64,000 nt of DNA from Felis catus. Taxonomy: Eukaryota. The number at the start of each line of letters is the position of its first letter. Within the stretch, counting starts at the first letter, position 1. The stretch spans positions 18,104,001-18,168,000 of the forward strand of contig NC_058382.1 of assembly GCF_018350175.1 (NCBI RefSeq). Reading direction: 5' to 3'. This document shows, piece by piece, positions 11,524 through 22,142 of this stretch. Both the position numbers and the translations under genes were made by a program. The notes under the pieces are model-generated. The model had not been told where the DNA came from, did not search any database, and saw nothing but the letters and a program-made list of their open reading frames with translations.

Positions 11524-12896
11524 CTGGAACGAGAGTCAGACAAGTGTCCCCCTGCCGCCCTCTTTCAGGGTCCGCTCTGAGTGGCGACCCGCCCGCCGTA
11601 AGGCTGCCCGTGTGGGCTCTGCGGCCTGTGGATGCTTGGGACCCTCCCACACGGCCCGGCAGCTACTCTGTGGCCACGGCCCACCCCAAGCTGTGATGGC
11701 AAAGAACTCTGGGGAGGAAAGGGGGAGCGGCAGAGCATTGGGGTGGGGGGGGAGGCAGGCAGGGTGGTGAGTAGGGTGAGCGAGCAGATGTCCCACGGCT
11801 GAGGCCTGGGGGTGGCAGGCAGGGACCTGGCCCATCAATGACTGGGTTTCACGGCATCAGCATTCCCGGCATGCCGCGGGAATTCCTGCCGCCCTCTCCC
11901 ACCCCACAGACGGCCCCTGGTGTCCCCCACCCTCAACAGAGGCCAGGACCGGTTACAAAAGAGCCCTGTTCGCTCAGGGTGAGGGTGCCTCATCCCGGGG
12001 GGCTTCTCGGGTAGGTGGGATGGGAGAAGACTCCGGCACTCCTGGCTGGGCTCTGAGCGGGACAAGGCGGGACCAGGGGTTGGGAGTCAGTGAGTCCCTG
12101 GCACCCGGCGGCTCTGTGGGTTGCCTCAGGGTCGAAGCCAAGGTTCCCAAGTGGCTGCCTTTCCTGGCCTCCGCCGCCCTTCTTCCCACGGACACAGACG
12201 CATGCACAGTCAGACACATGCAAAGGCCGGTATGAAAAGTGACAGATCCAGACCCAACCAGAAGGAGCAGGCTCACACAGCGGGGACTCGGGCGCACCCC
12301 AGTCAGGGCCCTGCACCCGCAGACAGGCACCGAGACCCCCGCGCCCGCAGAACGTGCCGGCACACACACAGTCACAGAAGCATGCTGCATTGCCCCGCCT
12401 CGTGTCCGCTGCACGTGTCCACCTGGGCTGGCGTGGGCACGGCATTCAGGCACGCGCGTGGACCCGCCTGCGGGCCAGGCTCACAAAGACCCACAGACCT
12501 GCGCACACGATGAGGTGTGGCTGAGGACAGACCCGCCCAGACGCGCGCTGATGGCCACGTGGCTGATGCCACCGTTGCACATGCGACAGGAAGGCACAGG
12601 AGATAGACACAGGTGAGGCCCAGCCCCAGGACCCGGGCCGACTTGTGAAACAAGCTTGTAGGCCACCTGTTTTTCACGGGGGGTAAACTTGGTTCCTGGG
12701 GGGTGGGCCAGAAAAATCTTAGAGGTTCCAATGCAGTGTGAGTCTCGAAAGGGCCGCGGTGCATAAACATGCATAGGGTGTATCTGCTTGGTGGGAGTGG
12801 GATTAGGAAGACCAGGTCTACAATTTTTCCTTAGTGGGGTGTAACGAAAACAAGGCTGAGGAACGCTGATGCAGATCCAGGCGGACCCAGGGGCAG

Positions 12897-12940
12897 CGTG
12901 TGTGTGCGTGCACGTGCACACACACACACACACACACGCA
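12897..12940. repeat. (GT)n/(CA)n alternating purine-pyrimidine tract
   Basis: cgtgtgtgtgcgtgcacgtgcacacacacacacacacacacgca. Confidence 0.9.
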
Positions 12941-13380
12941 CCTGTCAGGTGCCGGGTGCTAGAACTTGCTCGCTCACGGCCCACCGCCCTCACGCCCTCA
13001 CAGACAGCGGGATGCAGGTGTCTGATCTCCTGCCCATCCTTCTGTTCCTCATCCAGCCCCAGACACTCCCACCGCACCTTAGGAGCCCTCGGGCAACCGT
13101 TCCTGCACAAATTCCACCGTGGGGATGCTGAGGGGGCCCTTTGTTCTTTCTGGTTTCTTCCCTAAGGCCGGTCACTGTCCCTGCTGCGGTCCCAGCCCCT
13201 CCCCAAAGCAGTTCTGACCCGCACCCTGCTCCAACCTAAACTGGTGGCAGTTGCCGGTGACCATCCACGGCCCGGAGCACCTGGCCTTGGCGCGTGCTTC
13301 TGGGCGCCCCTCGCCGCCCCCTCAGTCCCGGTCCTCTGCCCTCCACCTCATCGCTGGCCCCTCTTGGCGGCGGTACTCAC

Positions 13381-13520
13381 TTGGATGCTCTTGCTTCTGC
13401 GCCCTCTGCTCCACCGGCCCAGCTCACAGTCCCCTGGCCTCCCAGGGTCCGGGCCCCCACTTGCCAGCCCGTCCCCTCCCCCCGGGTGCCAGGGGCCGCC
13501 TGCCTCCAGGGCCCAGCTCC
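13381..13520 (-). other. MAG: MAG non-coding exon 1 (5' end approximate)
   Basis: Strong donor CCAA|gtgagt at 13380/13381; sequence resembles the MAG mRNA leader. Confidence 0.75.
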
Positions 13521-13543
13521 TCCCTGCCCCCGAGGGAGGGGGG

Positions 13544-13561
13544 CACAAAGGGGCCCTTGTC
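13544..13561. promoter_or_regulatory. Inverted SOX (SOX10-dimer-like) site in the MAG promoter
   Basis: CACAAAG-GGGCC-CTTGTC just upstream of exon 1; SOX10 is an established myelin-gene regulator. Confidence 0.55.
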
Positions 13562-15239
13562 ACCACCGCTGGAACTGGGCAGCCTGACGCCTGGGTTCTA
13601 CTAGCTCCTTCCTGGAGGGGACGGGGCGGGGGGGGGAAGCGGCCTCACTTGTCCCCCCTCCTCCATCACCCTGGTTCTGGGTCCGTGAGAGGGCCTTCTG
13701 ATATCCCTGGAAGTCTCAGGCTAACAGGAGGCCTTGTCCTCAGTGTCTAGGGAACGTCAGTGGCAAGAACAGGTATAACCTCAGTCCCAAGAGGCCACAG
13801 AGGGTGTGAGCAGGAGCAGGTGGGACCTGCCCGCTCCTGGCTTCAGCGTCACCTCCACTCTCTCTTGAGTCACTTCCCAGGGTCAGGTTGGGTGCCCACA
13901 TCCTGGTCTATCTTCCAGGCTCTTCTTGCTATCACCAGTGACCGTATGGTTTGACTGTCTCCTCTCATGAGAACTTGGCCTCCAGAACGACGAGGGCTTT
14001 GCCTGCTTATTCCGTCTGTCCTGTTTGTAGAATGGCTCCTGGCACAGAGTTAAGCTTCCTAACCACAGAGCGGGTGCACGAATGTGTTGCTCAAATACCC
14101 AGCGGCACCTTCTGCCCGGAGACCTTTGCACTTACCTGTTCCTTCCTCCCGGACAGGTCTCCCTACCCCATCCCGCTCCCCACTCTGCCACTGGCCGCAG
14201 CCTATGCACTCTGTTGGCTCCCAGCTCGGACACCACTTCCTCTGGAAGCCTGCCCTGCCCGTCTCACCAAGCCGGGCCCCTCCATTCAAACGCTGCCCTG
14301 TCCTTCCAGAGCCCTCCGCACACTTGCCCGCCGCGCTCTGGGTGCACTTCTTCCGCGCCGGCACAGAGCTCCCAGAGGGCAGGGTTTCTACCTGTCTGTC
14401 TAGTTCATCCTCTGTCCCATAGAACAGCACCTGGTGCACAGAGGGGCTTATCGGGGGCTCTGTTTACTCTATGAGCTGGGTGAGGACCCTCTGTGTGCCG
14501 ATTCCAGATTCCACAGCGATCCTCCTCTTTGGTCATGACCTCTGCAAGGTGCTTGTAGGGGAGGGACGGGCAGAAGGAGCTGGTGATGCCGCGATTAAGC
14601 GTAGTGATGGTTTGACCAGGAGCTGTTCAGTCACACTGGTGCATCCTCAGTCCTCATTCAGGCCAGAGCAGTTTGTGGGGAGAGGGGAGGTCCTTTCTCC
14701 CAAGGGAGAACTCGGCCAGGGTGGGGAGGGTGAGGGGCAGGGAAATCCCTCAGACCCAGGCGTGTGGAGTCAGAGAAAGCTGGATAGAGGGGGAGGGGGA
14801 GTCCCACCCCCACCTCAGGCTTCATGATGTCAGACTCTGCCCGTGCCTTTCCCAGACAGGGACAAAGGCCCATTGAGAGTGGGGTGGGGCTTGAACGCCT
14901 GGGTCCCGGAGAAGAGAGGGGCCCGGTGCCTGGGCTTCGGAGGAGGACACTGAGATCCTGGGCTACTCGTATGTCACAGCCTTCAGCCTCAACACCAACC
15001 CCGTTGGGGTCGCGTGCCTGTGCCGTTTGGGGGTTCAGCTCCTCTTTAGGCGTGCACCGGAGGCTGTCTCATGGGGCGGGTAGGATGCACACGCAGGTGC
15101 CTCCACAGAGAGCCCCGGCCACGAGGCTGAGATCTGCAGTCCTGGGTCCCCAGGCCACAGGAGGGTGGGGCGCTGGGGAGCCTGAGAGTGTCTAAAGGGG
15201 GAGCCGCCGCTCTGGTCCGGCCGAGCCTTCCAAACCAGG

Positions 15240-15782
15240 CAGGTGTGGTAAGGCTACTGTGACAGAGCACCGCATGCCGGGTGGCTCAAAAAACAGAAAT
15301 TGATTGTCTCCCGGGGCTGGAGGCTGCAGTCTGACATCAAGATGTTGGCAGGCTCGACCCCGGGTGCTGGGGGGAAGGATCTGCTCCAGGCTTCTCTCCT
15401 TGGCTCCTAGGTGACGGTCTTCATGTTCGCATGGCGTTCTTCCCGTATACGGGCCTCTGTGTCCAAATCCCTGCTTTTCGTAAGGACACTAGCCCTATTG
15501 GATTAGGGTCCACCCTACTGACCTCGTTTTAACTTGATTATCTCTAAAGAGACCCTATTTCCAAATCGGGTCACCATCCTGGGACTTAGGACTTCAACAT
15601 TTAAATGTGGGGGTGGGGGTGGGTGGCTCAGTCGGTTAAGCGTCCGACTTCGGCTCAGGTCATCATCTTGTGATTCGTGAGTTGGAGCCCTGAGTCGGGC
15701 TCTGTGCTGACAGCTCAGGACCTGGAGCCTGCTTCCCATTCTGCGCCTCCCTCTCTCTCTGCCCCTCCCATGCTTGCGCTCA

Positions 15783-15824
<42 letters not shown>

Positions 15825-15886
15825 AATAAATAAACATTAAAAAAAAATTAAATGTGGCGGGGGGTGGACACAGTTCAACTCATAAC
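15240..15886 (-). mobile_element. MaLR MLT1-type solo LTR, interrupted by a SINE
   Basis: Characteristic segments aaacagaaattgattgtctc, ctggaggct, gaccctatttccaaat, ggacttcaacat, gacacagttcaac; boundaries approximate. Confidence 0.7.
15618..15847 (+). mobile_element. Can-SINE nested in the MLT1 LTR
   Basis: SINEC body, long (CT)n, A tail; TSD TTAAATGTGG at 15601 and 15848. Confidence 0.9.
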
Positions 15887-17272
15887 TCGTGAGCAGCTAA
15901 ATCACCCGATGAACCGAAGCCTAGAGACGCTTCTTTTTCAGATGAGGAGGCGGGGTTTCCGTGGAGAGAAGACGCCTGCGAGATCCTGCAGCTAATGGGA
16001 GACCAAGCTGTCTACCTCACCTTCCTCTTCCCCCCCCCTTCGGTCTCCATTCAGGGAAATCACTCCCAGAGGGTGAGCCTCTCATGGCTTCCAAGGCAGA
16101 AGGTAGAGGGTGGCGAGGTACAGGACCGATCTGGCTCCCTGGCTGGGTTTAGTTGGGCTCACAGAGTGTTGTTTACAAAAAATAAAATCCCTTTCATCAG
16201 CTGCCAATATTTAAAAAATCAGGAAATTTCACATAAAAATAAGCACGGCCACCTTCTCTCGAAAAGAAGATTTCGCCATGTTTGGCCCATCTTTGGGCAC
16301 AACAGCCATCTCCCGGTCGCCCGTTGGATACCCGGGCCTCCCCATGGATACGAAACATTGGGCCCAAATGGCCAAGGCCCCTTATCACCATGCTAGCGCT
16401 GATGTTTTCTCAGAGGCTGGGAAGGTAGTGAAATGCATCTTCTCTGTTTCTATCAGTGGGGAAATGGGATAAAGCGAGGGGGATATGGTCCCAAGAACAA
16501 CGGGAGGGAACTCAGCTCCTCATGGAGGTGGACGGCGTTCTCCCACGTGGGTCACGGGCCGTGTGTCCTTGCTGAGATCACAGGGCCTCCCACGTGCTCC
16601 TCTGAGACAAGCCCACCACCCCTCACTCGTTCGCCGTGCCTGTCCGCAAGGTCGTCGGTTTTTCTCAAACTCCTTGGTGTCAGAATCCCTTTCTACTCTG
16701 CAAAATCTTCGAGGACTCCAAAACAACTCTTGTTTACATGGGTGGTATCTACGGCTGCTCAATGTATGAGAAATCGAGGCTGGGGCGCTTTTAAAGCACG
16801 CGGGCACACGAGCGCTCAGAGCCGTGGGGTCATCCCGTGTCACAGAGCTTGTACGCCCGGGACGCAAAGAAGGTGAAAGAAAAAAACAAGTGACGTTTTC
16901 GTAGTTTCCACCTTGTGGAGCCCTGCGAGGCGTCCCCAGACCTTGCTTTGAGAACCCTCGTGGGGAATCTGAAGTTGTAACCCCTGTTTCAAGAAGACTT
17001 CAAGGAGAAGAACTTGGCTTACCTTCCAGCCCCTGCTGGAGCAACGTAAATTCTAGGTCCTCTGAAGAGGGGAAGGGAGGGAAGAACAGGGAAGAAACTT
17101 CCTTCACCAAGCCTCCTTCCTTGCCAAACCCAGCACGCACGAACCCCGTACACCCCACGGAGTACCGGCCCTTACAAGACAGGGGCCAGAACCAGCCTCT
17201 GGCATGGGCCTGGGGCAGGGAGAAAGGGCAACAGACACTCTGGGATGGGAAACAACAGACAGAACGACCCAT

Positions 17273-17278
17273 TTTATT
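17273..17278 (-). terminator. HAMP polyadenylation signal AATAAA
   Basis: tttatt on + strand about 80 nt after the stop codon. Confidence 0.8.
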
Positions 17279-17359
17279 CCAAGTCCATTCACTGAGAGTC
17301 AGGGGGCAGCAGGAATAAATACGGAGGGGAGGGAGGTCCGGGGGCAGGCTGGGGAGGCT

Positions 17360-17464
17360 CTACGTCTTGCAGCACATCCCACACCTTGCTTTTTTACAGC
17401 AGCCGCAGCAGAACATGCAGATGGGGAAGTGGGTGTCTCGCCTCCTTAGCCTCTGGAGCACGGG
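17360..17464 (-). CDS. HAMP: Hepcidin exon 3 (furin site and mature 25-aa peptide)
   Basis: PVLQRLRRR|DTHFPICMFCCGCCKKARCGMCCKT*, 8 Cys; acceptor ccgcag. Confidence 0.98.
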   Translation of the reverse strand, partial: PVLQRLRRRDTHFPICMFCCGCCKKARCGMCCKT

Positions 17465-17548
17465 CTGCGGGGAGGAAGGGAGAGTGAGCGGAGCTTGGGC
17501 GCAGGGAAGGGGCGGGGAGGCTCAGAAGGGACTCGCAGGTGCTCTCAC

Positions 17549-17608
17549 CTTCAAGCCCGCCTCGGCTGCCGCTGTGTCCTGGGGTTGGAGGTCCGTGAGC
17601 TGTCCTGT
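17549..17608 (-). CDS. HAMP: Hepcidin exon 2 (propeptide, 60 nt)
   Basis: cacag|ACAGGA...AAG|gtgaga; TGQLTDLQPQDTAAAEAGLK. Confidence 0.95.
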
Positions 17609-18666
17609 CTGTGAGAGCAGAAGGGGTGGTGAGGGTGGTGGGGACGTGGCGCTCTCAGACTCGCCCCCAAAGACCAGCTTCTCCCCGCGTGGTCGGTGTC
17701 CTGGGGCTCAGCTGGTATCCCAGGAGTGGCCTTGCTGTCTGGCCTTTACTCCCCCGCCCTCGGGCAGCTCTTCCCGCAGACATCCCGGATCCGTCTCCCT
17801 CTCTCTCTTCTTGGGGACATCACCCTCCCTGGCCTGGATGCCACCCCCGCCTGTAGCAAGTCTCCCTGCGTCTCGCCCCGTCCATGTCCATCCCGTTCGT
17901 TCCTCACGCCTTATCGGTCGGATTAAAAGCGTGGCGCCCGCTCGAGAGTCTCTCCCTCCGCCCCTCTCCCCAGTGCCTGCGCGTGTGCTAAAAGAAACGA
18001 GCCTGCAGAGCTGCGCTCACAGGCGGAGGAAAGTCAGTACTTGGAGTCCGCCCCTCAGTCTCCTCTCCAAGCAGCGTCCTCTCCTCTTACTACAGCCTCC
18101 GATCCTCGGACACCCGTCTGCCCTCTGCCCGGGGCTTCGCTTACCGCCCCCTTCTCTTAGGGTCCAGGTCACCCAGTCCCAGGTCGAATTTCATTTCTCA
18201 CAAACCATCCCGCTCGACTCCCGGCCCCTGGTCCGTCGGAAGTCCTCCCCTCACCCCTCGTGGCCACTCTGCTGCCATCACCATCTTGTTATTCAGGATC
18301 CCATTGACGAGACAGTTATCCTGGTTATGTTTTAACTGTTCACAGATGAATTCCCCGGCCGGGACGTAAGCTCCACGAGAGCAAAACTCTTCTCTCATCT
18401 ACCTTGTTCGCTGCGTGATCCCCACTGACTAGAAAAGGACTTGTCACAGAGCAGGTGCTCTGTGTGGAAGTAGTTCGGGCCCCCAGTCCGATCCTCAGGC
18501 CACGATCTCTGTACTTCAGGCGGCCGGCCGGCCCCACCCCGGTCCCTGCCCCGAGCTCTGCCCGGTGCTAAGGGGACCAGCTGCCCTCAGCAGTCCCCCC
18601 ACCACCCCGGGGCCTGACTCTCCGGTCCCGGCCACCGTGCCGGGCCCAGGCCCCCTGGGCTCTCAC

Positions 18667-18753
18667 CTCTTGCCGGAGAGCTGAGCCACTGGCCAGGCTG
18701 GCCAGGAGGAGGAGCAGGAGGCAGGCGGCCTGGACCTGTGTGCTCAGTGCCAT
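18667..18753 (-). CDS. HAMP: Hepcidin exon 1 (signal peptide)
   Basis: [29 protein letters not shown]|gtgaga; full product 83 aa. Confidence 0.97.
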
Positions 18754-18824
18754 CGTGTTGTCTGGCTGTGTCCCGCTGTCGGGTTTGGGACTTGCTGTGG
18801 TGTCTGGGGTCCCGTTTCAGCTGC

Positions 18825-18924
18825 TTTTATGGGCCCTTCTGGGGGAGGCGGGGGTACTAAGCCCCCTCCCCTTTGTCCCAACTCATTTCCAAGAAGGTGG
18901 TGGCGCCGACAAGACGGGAGATAA
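18825..18924 (-). promoter_or_regulatory. HAMP proximal promoter: TATA-like box (18825-18830), STAT3 site TTCTTGGAA (18887-18895), BMP-RE1 GGCGCC (18902-18907), GATA site (18919-18924)
   Basis: Motifs read directly, in the order established for mammalian hepcidin promoters. Confidence 0.9.
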
Positions 18925-20527
18925 GCGGGAACAGAGCGACAGGGAACAGTGTTATGTCACCCTGAGCCAGCGGAGGTGTGTCCAGGGGGTGGGGCAGACG
19001 GGGCCACAGACCCACGCCTCTAGCCAGCCACCTGGGAGACACTTTCCCTGACACAGCACCATCACCCTGTTGACTTCAGAAAAAATTCCTTTTGCCCCCA
19101 AAGTTGAACAGTTCGATGAGTAGGAGGAAGGTGACCTCTTACTCTCCACCCTTTCCCGATATCCTCATCCACAGGGAGGCCGGCTGTCACTGTGGTCCCC
19201 TCGGGCGTCCAGCAGAATTCCTACCACCTCAGGCGGGCTTCACACGTGCACGGGTTCTGGCAGGAGACGCAGGAATCCGTGTCGGCTCCAGCCCCCAGCA
19301 GGCATGTGGTTTTCTGAATCTTGGGAAATGTATCTGCAGAACGTCCCTGAGCATTTGGGGCCTCGAGACAGCAGCGATAGTAACGGCTGCCATCGGACGC
19401 CTGCGTCCAATGCGCCAGCAGATGTGCTGACCCACTTTTGCATTCGGCCTCTGCCGCCCGCCCCCCGCGGCTCCCGCCTGCCCCATGTCGGGCTCGGCTC
19501 TGTGCTTTGGGGCCCTCGTTGCCTTCTCAGCCACCGGTCCCGGCGGCCTAGCTTCCCAGGCCCTGCTCCCTCCTGGGAGCCCACGGCCACCCCAAGGCTG
19601 CTTTTCTTCATTCTGTAGGGGGAACCGAGGGCGGACTCGGGGCAGTGCCCAAGCGCACCTGGTCAGAAGAGCTAGGCCGGCCTGAGCGGCCGGACCCTGG
19701 GGCCCGTGCTCTCACCATTTGGCCTTCCTGCCTCCCCACGAGCACAGGCCACGGTGGGACGTGCCAGACCCGGCTCACACCGGCTCCACGGAGCGAAGGG
19801 TGCGCATCTCATCCCAGCTCTCCCGCGGGACATCCCCCTGGCACCTTGAAACTGGCCACGGTGGGAGCAGCCAAACCACAGACAGTGGCCGACGCTGCAC
19901 AGCTGGGCCTTTTTTGGGCGAGCTGGTCCTCCAGCATGTCACCGGATGGAGACGAGCCTGGGCTGCCTGCCTGGGGCCACCTCCCTCCTACTCACTTGGG
20001 CCGTCTTTGCAGGCATACGGCCCTGGGAACTACCAACCTTGACTCGACAGACAGGCCTTTAGCCATGCCGCCTCCCTGACTCACTCTAGGACCGTTCAGG
20101 GTCAACTCCGGCAGAAGAGCCTAGAGACGACACTGCCAAGGAACGGACACCCTTGCCGGGTCTGAGCTGCCGCTGAGGCCCACTCAAAACCACAAAAGTG
20201 GGGCGTGTGGGGGCCGGGAGGCGAAGGCTGCTCCCTGCCACCTGCCCCCCGATTCGGTCCACGTTAGGCTCTTCCTGTCCCACACGCCTTCACTCGGCGG
20301 AGGGGACGGGGCTGTCAGAGGGAACCCTGTCAGAGGGAACACCAGGTAGGAACATTCAGGATGGGACCGGAGAGCTCGGTGAGGTGACGAGGCTGGCAGG
20401 CCCGGCTCCCTGGAGCGGCGTGGGGGGTGGGGCCGAAGCGGAGTCAAGGGCTGTGCGGCCACCCACGGGGAGACATGGCAGCGTCCCCCGGCACCGCCAG
20501 GCATCGCCGCGTCTCCGCTCAGGCCAG

Positions 20528-20570
20528 GTTTCGTCATCAGCCGGGGCAGGGGTCACAGTACAGGCGCCAG
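20528..20570 (-). promoter_or_regulatory. HAMP distal BMP-RE2 module (GGCGCC 20563-20568 with adjacent TGACCC nuclear-receptor half site and TGATGACGAAA bZIP-like motif)
   Basis: Minus strand reads ctctGGCGCCtgtactgTGACCCctgccccggcTGATGACGAAA, about 1.8 kb upstream of the ATG. Confidence 0.75.
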
Positions 20571-21558
20571 AGCCACAGCGTGAGGCGACAGGCTGACGGG
20601 CCAAGCCTGGCTTCCTGGCCATCTGCCCTTCCTGGGGGTGGGGGGCTCAAGGCCAGGCCCCACCATTGGCTGGTGCAGAGGGGAGGGCTTCAACCCCTAA
20701 GGGCAGGGTCAGGAGCCAGTCCTATTTTTAGAACGGATGACAGGAGAGACCCCAGCCTCTCCTCCAAAAACATGGGACGTGTCCTTGACCCTGGCACCTC
20801 CTGCCTTCACACCACATATGCACACCTGGGGCCTCAAAGAGGATATCCGTTCCTTAATTTCTCCACCATCCAGCCGACAGACTGGGTACCAGGGGGTACA
20901 GGATGGCAGGGATGGGCACACAGCCACGAACACAACATGGAGTTCTGCAGACCCCAGGCCCCCCTCCCCAAACCCGAGATGGACAGATACGCNNNNNNNN
21001 NNNNNNNNNNNNNNNNNNNNNNNNNNNNNNNNNNNNNNNNNNNNNNNNNNNNNNNNNNNNNNNNNNNNNNNNNNNNNNNNNNNNNNNNNNNNNNNNNNNN
21101 NNNNNNNNNNNNNNNNNNNNNNNNNNNNNNNGAAACAAGAGGTGGGGTGGGACATGGCCTCCCTGCTTAGGTCCAGGCCCCGGGGCTGGCCCCCCTAAAG
21201 TCTCCCCTCCTTCCCGAAAGCACCCTGTCTCAGTACCTCTAGAGACCAAGGAGGCAGCGGGATATGGCAGGGCTCCGTCCTCCTCCCTCTTGCCTCCAGG
21301 CGAGACCACTAGAAGTGCTGGGGCTCCGTGGGGGCCGGAGGAGGGAGACAGACAGGAGGGGGAGGGAGGAGATCATTTCCCAAGTTGAGGAGANNNNNNN
21401 NNNNNNNNNNNNNNNNNNNNNNNNNNNNNNNNNNNNNNNNNNNNNNNNNNNNNNNNNNNNNNNNNNNNNNNNNNNNNNNNNNNNNNNNNNNNNNNNNNNN
21501 NNNNNNNNNNNNNNNNNNNNNNNGCCGGAGGAGCCCCCGCCGCGCGGCGGGGCGGGTG

Positions 21559-21648
21559 TCACTGCCGCGTGCTCTCGCCCACCATCTCCAGGTTGTGCTG
21601 CTGCAGCTGGGCACGAAGCACGGCGTTCTCGTTCTTCAGCTCCTCGAT
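21559..21648 (-). CDS. USF2: USF2 exon 10 (end of leucine zipper, stop)
   Basis: IEELKNENAVLRAQLQQHNLEMVGESTRQ*. Confidence 0.96.
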   Translation of the reverse strand: MEELKNENAVLRAQLQQHNLEMVGESTRQ

Positions 21649-21754
21649 CTGGCACACACGACAGGGCACGAGGAGCCAGGGGCTGGCTCCCCGCCCCTGC
21701 CCCGGCTCCCCCACCCCCACCCCCTGCCCCGGCCCGGCCCGGCCTGGCCCTCAC

Positions 21755-21883
21755 CTGTTGCCTCAGGAGCTCATTGTCCATCTGCAGCCTCTCGGCCTCC
21801 TTGAAGGTCTCCTGCATGCGCTGGTTGGTCTGGCGCAGCTCCCGGATGTAGTCACAGGCCTTTGACAGGATCCCTCCTTTACT
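21755..21883 (-). CDS. USF2: USF2 exon 9 (helix 2 / zipper)
   Basis: SKGGILSKACDYIRELRQTNQRMQETFKEAERLQMDNELLRQQ; AG/GT. Confidence 0.97.
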
Positions 21884-22047
21884 CTGGGGGGTGGGCGAGA
21901 GCGCCGGTGAGCGCCGCCCCCCCCCCCAACCCCGGCTCACCCGGGACAGGGCCTGTGCCCGGGGGCCAGGTCAGGCCGACTTCGTCGCAGGGGCTGGGGG
22001 CCTGGCCCACGGCAGCGCGGGGAGCTGGAGGGCCGGGGGGCACTCAC

Positions 22048-22142
22048 CGCTCCCGTCTTGCTGTTGTCCGCATTACAATCTGGAATGATTTTTGAAAGCT
22101 GGACGATCCAGTTGTTGATCTTGTCCCTCCGCCTCCGCTCCA
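22048..22142 (-). CDS. USF2: USF2 exon 8 (basic region / helix 1)
   Basis: VERRRRDKINNWIVQLSKIIPDCNADNSKTGA; AG/GT. Confidence 0.97.

Noticed and set aside
17367-18335. 322-aa plus-strand ORF antisense to HAMP
   Set aside because: Non-ATG start, low-complexity Pro/Ser-rich translation and no recognisable domain; expected in GC-rich DNA.
20312-20340. CTGTCAGAGGGAAC repeated twice, and similar short duplications such as GCGTCAAGGCA near 41527-41561
   Set aside because: Two-copy slippage duplications with no array structure; not CRISPR-like and no other support.
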